The notes beneath the pieces were generated by a model. It worked only from the letters and a program-made list of their open reading frames with translations. It did no database searches and was not told where the DNA came from. The translations under genes were made by a program, and so were the position numbers. Shown one piece after another: positions 8,910-15,824 of a stretch of 28,134 bases of DNA. How positions within the stretch are numbered: position 1 is the first letter of the stretch; each line of letters opens with the position of its first letter. Origin of the DNA: an uncultured Thermoplasmata archaeon (lineage in GTDB: Archaea; Thermoplasmatota; B47-G6); assembly GCA_965552035.1 (NCBI GenBank), contig CBEVQP010000001.1:1-28134 (forward strand), written 5' to 3'.

Positions 8910-9575
8910 ATGGAAGGTTATTATATAAAGCCAAATAAAAAGGCAAGCGGTGTGCTGTCTCTTTCAGTTTTAGCTGTAACTTTGACTCAAAAAGCTATAT
9001 TAGCATCTCTGGAAAAATCGGGAATAATCGTATATAGTGAAGATTATGTTTGGAAGTTTCTGGCCATAATTTGTTCTGCTGTTATTTTGTACTTCATCGT
9101 GGCAATTTTTCTAGATTTTAATAGCATTATCGATGGCATGAATTTTATGAAAAAACTTGCTGACTTGAGACTAGTCATAAATCTAATACTCATAATTCCG
9201 TCCTCTCAACGATACTTTGTAGTTACCTCAGGAGAAATGACATCAAACCTTACGGCATTTCTTGGAATTATATACGTGATCGTTGCAGTGTATGTTGTAG
9301 AACGCGTGTTTGTAAGCCCCGCAGTAATGGTGCTTACCAGAAAAATCCCATTTAAGACCATTGACGCCTCAAACGAACTTTATTTTGACGCAGTTTTTCT
9401 ATTCCTTTCGAAGTTTCAGAGCGCCTTTATTGCAGTAACGATATCTCTATTTGCGATAATTACCGTTCTCATGGTTCTACTGGGATATGGTTACGGAACA
9501 ATTAACACCTTTGCGGCGTTCGTTAACACGATGATCGATTACGTATACTTCGTTTTAGCATATCCGTTCTTGTGA
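8910..9575 (+). CDS. Hypothetical polytopic membrane protein
   Basis: 221-aa ORF with about 6 hydrophobic segments; no recognisable motif. Confidence 0.65.
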   Translation: MEGYYIKPNKKASGVLSLSVLAVTLTQKAILASLEKSGIIVYSEDYVWKFLAIICSAVILYFIVAIFLDFNSIIDGMNFMKKLADLRLVINLILIIPSSQRYFVVTSGEMTSNLTAFLGIIYVIVAVYVVERVFVSPAVMVLTRKIPFKTIDASNELYFDAVFLFLSKFQSAFIAVTISLFAIITVLMVLLGYGYGTINTFAAFVNTMIDYVYFVLAYPFL

Positions 9576-9583
9576 GTAAATAA

Positions 9584-9817
9584 ATGAAGGGTGTCATAGC
9601 GTTGGGGGAGCTTTACCTCAAAGTTAGAATAAACAGGATATTAAAAGAATATTTAGAAAACAACATCAACAAGGATCAATTACGGGAAGAGTTGAAAAAA
9701 TTGTTGGAAATAGCAAGAGAGATCGAGAATGAGGAGATTATTGCACTTGTTTTGAAATTGTTGAAGAAAATTGATGATGAAGGAAATCCTAGAGACCTAT
9801 TAATATCTAACTTATAG
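9584..9817 (+). CDS. Small hypothetical helical protein
   Basis: 77-aa Glu/Lys/Leu-rich ORF starting 8 nt after the previous stop; residue composition like host proteins. Confidence 0.6.
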   Translation: MKGVIALGELYLKVRINRILKEYLENNINKDQLREELKKLLEIAREIENEEIIALVLKLLKKIDDEGNPRDLLISNL

Positions 9818-9936
9818 TTAGCATCTCAAACTAATAATATAATTATTCAAAATATTTTAGCATGTTTGGATAAAAATCTTTTTAAGTATCTTAACTCAAT
9901 TATTTATTAATGAACCGAAGACCCAGAGGTGTGAAT

Positions 9937-10098
9937 ATGGCGAAGTGGAGATGTAAGATTTGTGCATACATATATGACGAAGATTTGGGAAATCCCGATC
10001 AAGGAATATCGCCCGGTACAAAATTTGAGGAACTTCCAGAGGACTATAAGTGTCCTATTTGTGGTGTTGGCAAAGATATGTTTGAAAAAATAGAATAA
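9937..10098 (+). CDS. rub: Rubredoxin
   Basis: [14 protein letters not shown]...[21 protein letters not shown]; start moved to ATG 9937 because GAGGTG RBS lies at 9926-9931. Confidence 0.95.
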   Translation: MAKWRCKICAYIYDEDLGNPDQGISPGTKFEELPEDYKCPICGVGKDMFEKIE

Positions 10099-10107
10099 GG
10101 TGATTTT

Positions 10108-10464
10108 ATGAAAAAATTAGGCGAAATTATATACGCTTCAGACGTCAAAGAAGGCCCGGCTGTGGGCAAAGTAGAAAGTCACGTTCCTAAGATTGAAATA
10201 AAGAAAGAAGGCGAATACTACGAAGTCACAGTCCATGTAGGACCTCATCCCAATACATCTGCGCACTCCATAAGATGGATTGAAGTCTACTTTTTTGAGG
10301 AGGGTAGAGAGTTTAATCCTGTATCTCTCGGGAGATTTGAATTTGAACCGGAGTTTGTAGAGCCCTATGTAGTTATTAAGGCAAAACTTAGAAAAGGAAC
10401 TATTTACGCTCTAGCATACTGCAATCTTCACGGTTTGTGGGAAAATAGAGTTAAAATCGAGTAA
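10108..10464 (+). CDS. Neelaredoxin-type superoxide reductase-like protein (class II SORL)
   Basis: Fe ligands ESHVP, HPNTSAHSIRWI, YCNLHGLW; directly downstream of rubredoxin. Confidence 0.9.
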   Translation: MKKLGEIIYASDVKEGPAVGKVESHVPKIEIKKEGEYYEVTVHVGPHPNTSAHSIRWIEVYFFEEGREFNPVSLGRFEFEPEFVEPYVVIKAKLRKGTIYALAYCNLHGLWENRVKIE

Positions 10465-10537
10465 GTTGCTTATGTTCTTCGAAACATGAGGGTGCCAGTT
10501 TAATTATCTTTTTCCTTATTTTATAAGGGGATGTACA

Positions 10538-11620
10538 ATGGATGACCCAGTTGAGCTTATGAAAAAGTTCTATATAGATGAATCGTTGGACATGGCACTT
10601 TATAGTTATCTTTCAAAGCTAGAGAGCGATCCTAGTCTAAAAGAGAATTTTAAGAAATTGTCCGAGATGGAAGCTAAACATGCAAAATTTTGGAGAGATC
10701 TAATAGAAAAATCCGGTGGAAAAGCTCCTACTGTAAAACCTAGCAGGTTGAGGTTAGCTCTAATAAAAATTATTAAAAAACTCCTGGGCACAGGCATGGT
10801 AGCATCTCTTTTAGAGATGGGGGAGAATAACGCTATAAAGAAGTATTTTGATTTCTATAAAAACTATAAGCTGACGGATGAGGAAAGGACCGAGCTTTCT
10901 AGAATAATCGTTGATGAAATTGAACATGAAAGACTTTTTTATGAAACAAAAAAGCGATTTAATGTAGGAAATGTTAGGGACTTCGTTTTGGGCATGAACG
11001 ACGGATTAGTAGAAATTCTTGGAGCGGTTACCGGACTTTCAGCAGTTTATGTTTATGCTCCCCGAATAGTAGGTGTAAGCGGTCTTATTGTTGGAATAGC
11101 CGGAGCCCTCTCAATGGGAATAGGAGCTTTTATATCCGTGAGGTCTCAGAGGCAAATAAACGAAAGTATAAAAGAAAGACTTGAGATACTCTTCACGGTA
11201 TCTCCAGAAAGAGCACGGAAGGAATTTATAGATAGGCTTATAGAGAGCGGGCTTCCTGAAGAAGCGGCTAATCAAATATCAAAAGAACTTAAGGAAGACG
11301 CGATAGTAGACTTTCTTATTGAAGAGGTTAGCGAAAACGAAGTTAGGGCCGCGTTTTATACTGGGATTGCGTATTTAATGGGAGTAGCATTTCCAGTACT
11401 CCCATACTTTCTTGCAAAGTCGTCTATTATAGCCTTACCTTTCTCAGTTCTTTTGGCAGCGACAGCTCTCGGTGTTGTGGGTTCTGTAATATCATTGATC
11501 TCTGGTATATCTGTAAGAAGAAAGGTCACAGAGATGGTTGCTACAGGAATTGGAGCAGCGTTTTTGAGTTACCTCTTCGGAAGACTGATGGAGGCAATAT
11601 TTCATATCTCGGCGCTGTGA
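10538..11620 (+). CDS. Ferritin-like (rubrerythrin-type) domain fused to a VIT1/CCC1 iron transporter domain (MbfA-like)
   Basis: N-terminal EMEAKH and DEIEHE helices; RDFVLGMNDGLVE, GALSMGIGAFISV and PVLPY are VIT1/CCC1 motifs. Confidence 0.9.
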   Translation: MDDPVELMKKFYIDESLDMALYSYLSKLESDPSLKENFKKLSEMEAKHAKFWRDLIEKSGGKAPTVKPSRLRLALIKIIKKLLGTGMVASLLEMGENNAIKKYFDFYKNYKLTDEERTELSRIIVDEIEHERLFYETKKRFNVGNVRDFVLGMNDGLVEILGAVTGLSAVYVYAPRIVGVSGLIVGIAGALSMGIGAFISVRSQRQINESIKERLEILFTVSPERARKEFIDRLIESGLPEEAANQISKELKEDAIVDFLIEEVSENEVRAAFYTGIAYLMGVAFPVLPYFLAKSSIIALPFSVLLAATALGVVGSVISLISGISVRRKVTEMVATGIGAAFLSYLFGRLMEAIFHISAL

Positions 11621-11655
11621 TATAGGATTTGAAAAGAAAGCATGCTTTATGCATG

Positions 11656-12120
11656 CTATTTTTCCCTTATTTTTCTAATTACACTCCTTGAAACCAAGAA
11701 GAGGAGAGTTCCTCCACCTTCTTTCATCTCTTCAATTTCTAGACAAGCTGCGCTTCCAGAACTCATATCTACCTTTCCACCGCCAATTAGTTTGGAAACG
11801 ACATCTTCGATACTTGGAGCATGTCCCACCAATATTTCTCCACCACTAAGCTCTAGTTTTCTTATTGATTCTATGGACATATTTTCTGGCGATAGCTCTT
11901 CCCTAACTTCTATGGGTATTTTCCACGCATCTGCAATAATTTCCGCTGTTTGAACAGCCCGTTTGTACGGGCTTGTGTATATTTTCTTTGGCGTTATCGG
12001 AAGGATCCTCGCAAGGGTTTCGAGATCCTTTCTACCCTCTTCCGTTAATTCCCTCTCTTTGTCGGGTTTTTCTTCAGTTTTGGGTTCTGCTTTTCCATGT
12101 CTTATAAATACGACAATCAT
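11656..12120 (-). CDS. sixA: Histidine phosphatase family protein, SixA-like
   Basis: RHGKA, TSPYKRAVQTA and VGHAP motifs. Confidence 0.8.
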   Translation of the reverse strand: MIVVFIRHGKAEPKTEEKPDKERELTEEGRKDLETLARILPITPKKIYTSPYKRAVQTAEIIADAWKIPIEVREELSPENMSIESIRKLELSGGEILVGHAPSIEDVVSKLIGGGKVDMSSGSAACLEIEEMKEGGGTLLFLVSRSVIRKIREK

Positions 12121-12232
12121 GCTTTATCACCATTAATTAAAATTATTTAAGGAGAATGAAAACGTTTATCTTACATGGCACTGCCAAGAAAGCCCCCTTT
12201 GACGCGAGAAAGGTATCAAGATAACCAAGACC

Positions 12233-13402
12233 TTGGTGAGAGGTATGGATATATGGGAGCTACCTACCCCTGCAGTTCTTGTAGACGTTAATAGACTTAT
12301 GAGAAATATTGAGAGAGCCTCTAAAGAAGCAAGGGAGAATGGAAAAGAAATTTGGCCTATGGTAAAGACGCACAAATCTAGTTATATAGCATCACTTCAA
12401 AAGAAATTTGGAGCAAAAGGATTTTTGTGTGGAACACTTGATGAGCTAGAGATATTGGCCAATAAAAATATTAGTAAAAGAATAATGTTGGCATATCCTG
12501 TGGCTGACAATCAAAATTTTGATCGGTTAGCAAGAATCATTGAAAAAGGGGTAGAAATAATTGTTAGACTTGATAACGTTGATAACGCGAGATTTTTAGA
12601 CGAAAATGCCAGAGAAAGAGGAATCGAAATAAATTATGTATTAAAAATTAATACTGGGCTGAATAGGCTTGGAGTGTCGCCTTCGAATGTCCTAAAATTC
12701 TTGAAAAAGGTTGAGAAATATAAGAGTTTGAATTTCATAGGAATATCTACTCATTCAGGGCACGTTTATGGAGTTGCTGGATCAAAGGAAGTTGAAAAGG
12801 TAGCAAAAGAAACCTCCCAGATAATGGGTCGCGTTGCTAGGGAACTAGAAAATAATGGTTACACCCTTGAAATTGTGGGCACAGGATCAACGCCAACTTT
12901 AAGATATGATCTGAGGGAGGAAATATACACGCACATATTTCCCGGGAACTATGTATTTTATGATAGGCTGCAGGTTTTTGTTTACGAATCTGCAACGTTA
13001 GAAGACTGTGCGTTGACAGTATTGGCAACGATTATTTCTATTCCGGAGCATTCAAACGGAAACATGGCAGTCATTAATGTGGGGAGTAAAATATTGGGCC
13101 TAGATAAGGGAGCGCACGGAAAGTCTGCAGTTGAGGGATATGGATACATTATTGAATATCCAGAGGCAGTAGTTTCGAGCTTATCAGAGGAAGTTGGCAA
13201 AGTTCTCTTTAATAGTAGTGATCGAGCAAAAGTAGGGGAAAAGATAAGAATAATACCCAACCATTCATGTGTCGTGTGTAATAATACGAGTTTTATAGTT
13301 TTACACGAAGACGAACGTGTACGTGGCGTAGTTCGTGTAGATATGAGAAATGGTGTCAGGAACATCTTTAAGGCTATACCTATGGTAGACTCTGAGATGT
13401 AG
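12233..13402 (+). CDS. Fold-type III PLP enzyme, DSD1 / D-threonine aldolase family (D-serine dehydratase-like)
   Basis: TPAVLVD, VKTHKS (PLP Lys), HSGH, GTGSTPT, PGNYVFYD, SEEVG, IPNHSC; GTG start. Confidence 0.85.
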   Translation: MVRGMDIWELPTPAVLVDVNRLMRNIERASKEARENGKEIWPMVKTHKSSYIASLQKKFGAKGFLCGTLDELEILANKNISKRIMLAYPVADNQNFDRLARIIEKGVEIIVRLDNVDNARFLDENARERGIEINYVLKINTGLNRLGVSPSNVLKFLKKVEKYKSLNFIGISTHSGHVYGVAGSKEVEKVAKETSQIMGRVARELENNGYTLEIVGTGSTPTLRYDLREEIYTHIFPGNYVFYDRLQVFVYESATLEDCALTVLATIISIPEHSNGNMAVINVGSKILGLDKGAHGKSAVEGYGYIIEYPEAVVSSLSEEVGKVLFNSSDRAKVGEKIRIIPNHSCVVCNNTSFIVLHEDERVRGVVRVDMRNGVRNIFKAIPMVDSEM

Positions 13403-13419
13403 GCGTCCAAAGATCTTCA

Positions 13420-13776
13420 GTATCGATAACATCTCCAAGCAACGACGCATATATAAAGTCCTCCTCCGTAACTGCTTTGTGGTCTGGAAGTGACAACTTC
13501 GGCATTGGTTACTATGGGATAGAGATTAACAATGGTTAATGGATATACAAGAGAACCGTGACATCGCATACGTTCACAGGACTTACAAACGGCCAACACA
13601 CAGTCACCGTAAGGGCATACAATAAGGCCGGAAACTATTCTGAGACATCCATAACGTTCACCATAGATACTACAGCGCCAACGCTATCGATATCGATAAC
13701 GCCTGCACCAAATGCAAATGGGTCGATAAACACGAGGACAATAACGCTTTCGTATAGCGCAACGGACGACGCTGGC
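13420..13776 (+). pseudogene. Fragment of an Ig-like repeat surface protein
   Basis: Frame 1 reads VSITSPSNDAYIKSSSVTALWSGSDNFGIGYYGIEINNG*WIYKRTVTSHTFTGLTNGQHTVTVRAYNKAGN...IDTTAPTLSISITP...SATDDAG; in-frame TAA at 13537-13539; no start codon or signal peptide; begins just after the upstream gene's stop. Confidence 0.8.
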
Positions 13777-13817
13777 TTCCCAAAGCTTAGATTGACTGGA
13801 CAAGTGATGGCAATGTA

Positions 13818-14054
13818 CTATACGCAAATATATACGTCCTTCTCAACACAGTTCTCTATATTCAAATCAATCCCACAAGCTTCGGCATGTGTTTTACCTT
13901 TTAAGCTCAAATGAGGTCTTAAGAAGTTATAGTAAACAAACCAACCATCTAACCATATCTTAGCTGTTTCTTCACTTTTCAAATGCCTTAGAGGTTTTAG
14001 CCTATCCTTTAAAGTTTCGTGCAATTTTTCAACAATATTGTTCGTTTCTCTTGC
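13818..14054 (-). pseudogene. C-terminal fragment of a DDE-type transposase/integrase (IS6-like/rve-type)
   Basis: ETNNIVEKLHETLKDR...YYNFLRPHLSLKGKTHAEACGI matches the typical NNxxERxHxTLK...YNxxRPHxSLxGKTPAE C-terminus; the N-terminal DDE part is absent. Confidence 0.75.
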
Positions 14055-14679
14055 TTTTATCCTTGCTTTTCTTGCTGCGTTCTCCACTATTTGCTGAATT
14101 GTTCTTTTGTTGTATTTTCTACCTCTTTGTGATATGAAAACTAAACCTTGCTTATTAACGCCATAAATTTCCAACATTTCTTTTAATTTCGAATGCAGGA
14201 ATACAACCTTTTTCTTTTCCCTTTAGCTGTTTTAACATGAATAATACCCCTATCAAAGTCTATGTCTTGACATTTCAGATTTCTAACTTCATCTAAGCGA
14301 AGATCAGCATAGTAAAGAAGCATCAAAACAAGTTTGTGCTTAATGTTTGTAGTTACTTTAATCATTCTGCATATTTCTTCTCTGCTTAATACCAAAGGTA
14401 GTTTCAAACTCTTCCTAGCCAATGGTAGCTTCTCATTAAACACGTTTTCGTAGAAGAATTTCAAAGCAAAATAAGCACCTCTCATGGCTGATCTGCTTTT
14501 ACTGGAGTAAGAAAGCAGGAATTCTCTGGGCGTTTTTCCAGATTTTAGAAACCTTCTCACAACTGAGATGTAAGCTTTGCCTGTTTGGTAAGAATACTTC
14601 CTTAGCTTTATTTCTTCTATAAGTTTGCCTATCAGTTCATATCGTTCTTGTGGGTAAGCTTTTTAATATCCAAGTCCAT
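14055..14679 (-). pseudogene. Broken tyrosine recombinase (N-terminal SAM-like domain + first half of catalytic domain)
   Basis: Reconstructed MDLDIKKL/QERYELIGKLIEEIKLRKYSYQTGKAYISVV...KLPLVLSREE...LLYYADLRLDEVRNL...DIDFDRGIIHVKTAKG/KVVFLHSKLKEML...GLVFISQRGRKYNKRTIQQIVENAARKARIK; frameshifts near 14650 and in the A-run near 14207-14220; truncated before HxLRH and the catalytic Tyr. Confidence 0.85.
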
Positions 14680-14700
14680 AGGAAATTGTATGAAATTCAG

Positions 14701-14711
14701 CTTTATAAAAG
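14701..14711. promoter_or_regulatory. TATA box CTTTATAAAAG, usable in both directions (recombinase promoter; possible cassette promoter)
   Basis: Palindromic TTTATAAA centred about 27 nt upstream of the recombinase ATG (14679), fitting a leaderless archaeal promoter. Confidence 0.5.
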
Positions 14712-14721
14712 CTCGCTTTAA

Positions 14722-14774
14722 CTCCCATTTGGGAGATTATACGAATAAAAAGTGCGTGAAATATGCGTTAAGTG
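14722..14774 (+). other. Candidate attI-like site ending in core site G|TTAAGTG
   Basis: GTTAAGT (14767-14773) fits GTTRRRY, lies between the divergent recombinase and the cassette gene, and is preceded by palindrome CTCCCA-TT-TGGGAG (14722-14735). Confidence 0.55.
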
Positions 14775-14777
14775 AAA

Positions 14778-14791
14778 TGCCCAAGCCCGCT
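14778..14791. repeat. Left arm of a 14-bp perfect inverted repeat TGCCCAAGCCCGCT
   Basis: Exact reverse complement AGCGGGCTTGGGCA at 15340-15353; the pair brackets the cassette ORF. Confidence 0.9.
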
Positions 14792-14816
14792 GAAATAAGA
14801 TTGAGGTGTGGAAATT

Positions 14817-15320
14817 ATGTATAAGAAAAATATTACTCACTTAATTGGTCATATAATTTATATTGGCCTATATGGCCTGTTAATAATATCCGCTATTATT
14901 CTCTACAATTCTGCTAATTTGGTAGAATTATTGTATATAGGATGGGTAACCTTGGTATTGGGAATTGTTTTTCTATTATGGTCGAGCCAATCACGAAAGA
15001 AAGGGCGAGTAGGAGAAGGCATTAACAAAGAGACCCTTGTTGAAAATGGCATGTATGCCTTTGTTCGTCATCCAGAATTCTTGGGACATATCTTGATCAT
15101 CTCTGCATTGATAATCATTTCACAACACTGGATTAACTTGGTTATTGGTGTAATCTTAATTATTTTATTATGTTTTGCCATGATAGAAGAAGAAAAACGA
15201 AACATAGAAAAGTTTGGTGATGCGTACAGAGATTATATGAAAAGAGTCCCAAGAATAAATTTATTAATTGGAATTATGAGGCAAATACGCAGTAAGAAAG
15301 AAAATAAAGAGAGAAGATAA
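14817..15320 (+). CDS. Isoprenylcysteine carboxylmethyltransferase (ICMT/PEMT)-family membrane protein (cassette gene)
   Basis: TM helices, LVENGMYAFVRHPEFLG, EEEKRNIEKFGDAYRDYMKRVPR; RBS GAGGTG at 14803-14808 favours ATG 14817. Confidence 0.85.
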   Translation: MYKKNITHLIGHIIYIGLYGLLIISAIILYNSANLVELLYIGWVTLVLGIVFLLWSSQSRKKGRVGEGINKETLVENGMYAFVRHPEFLGHILIISALIIISQHWINLVIGVILIILLCFAMIEEEKRNIEKFGDAYRDYMKRVPRINLLIGIMRQIRSKKENKERR

Positions 15321-15339
15321 AATGATTTGGAATTTAATA

Positions 15340-15353
15340 AGCGGGCTTGGGCA
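15340..15353. repeat. Right arm of the 14-bp perfect inverted repeat (AGCGGGCTTGGGCA)
   Basis: Reverse complement of 14778-14791. Confidence 0.9.
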
Positions 15354-15388
15354 CTTTGCGGCTTCGTACCTTGCCCCCATTGGGAGTC

Positions 15389-15469
15389 ACTTAACAGCGG
15401 ATAAACAGTTCTCCTTCGTCTTGCCAAAACCCACTTTGTGGGCTTCGTTTATCTACAATTTTGTTATGC
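15389..15469 (+). other. attC-like recombination site (81 bp)
   Basis: R'' ACTTAAC (RYYYAAC) 15389-15395; L'' GATAAAC 15400-15406; L' GTTTATC 15447-15453; inner hairpin CCCAC-TTT-GTGGG 15430-15442; R' GTTATGC 15463-15469 (one deviation from GTTRRRY). Confidence 0.75.
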
Positions 15470-15542
15470 CAACAATAAGTTAACAGAACCGCACAATGCA
15501 ATGTTTATATATGATGCAGACATAGCGTTGAAACAGAGAGTG

Positions 15543-15602
15543 GTGTCCCGAGAGGGCTGCGGGCGATGAGCGACCGCCTCCGATGAAGATGACAAGGGAC
15601 GC
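15543..15602 (+). ncRNA. Candidate small structured RNA or mobile-element remnant
   Basis: 40 of 60 bases are G/C in an AT-rich intergenic region; closing stem GTGTCCC/GGGACGC; inner GCGG/CCGC hairpin; two GATGA(G/A) motifs. Confidence 0.35.
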
Positions 15603-15736
15603 ATTGTTCCCTTTTCCACTGCTTATTATAAATATGAATAAAAGGATAATATACGAGGCTAAGATATATTCTCTTCAATCGCAGAAGTGAAGAAGGCTCT
15701 TCATGTTTATGCACAAGCTCTATACATGTTTGTAAG

Positions 15737-15789
15737 TTTCCTCTTTAAGGGGGAAATTTTAAATGAAGATTTCCCCCTGCAGGGGGAAA
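15737..15789. promoter_or_regulatory. Two tandem 20-bp palindromes (candidate operators) upstream of the ATPase promoter
   Basis: TTTCCTCTTTAAGGGGGAAA (15737-15756, 2 mismatched pairs) and perfect TTTCCCCCTGCAGGGGGAAA (15770-15789), 33 bp apart, abutting TATA-like CATTATAAAG (15790-15799). Confidence 0.65.
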
Positions 15790-15824
15790 CATTATAAAGT
15801 CTGATATTTATATGTATTAATACT

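Larger units (their letters stand above)
14768..15463 (+). mobile_element. Integron-type gene cassette (696 bp)
   Basis: Starts TTAAGTG, carries one ORF with its own RBS, and ends in an attC-like site whose inverse core CACTTAAC (15388-15395) is the exact reverse complement of GTTAAGTG (14767-14774), as expected for an integrated cassette. Confidence 0.75.

Noticed and set aside
2001-13028. Short opposite-strand or alternate-frame ORFs inside longer genes (e.g. 2001-2186, 3909-4169, 5403-5716, 6702-6905, 7419-7625, 10606-10797, 11642-11953, 12166-12375, 12837-13028)
   Set aside because: All overlap well-supported genes and show no protein-like motifs.
14055-14679. Calling the recombinase intI or xerA
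   Set aside because: No IntI-specific insertion is visible and the gene is broken and truncated; orthology cannot be set without a phylogeny.
15543-15602. Classifying the GC-rich element as a box C/D or H/ACA sRNA
   Set aside because: No CTGA D boxes at guide-length spacing and no ACA after the closing stem; kept only as an unclassified candidate.
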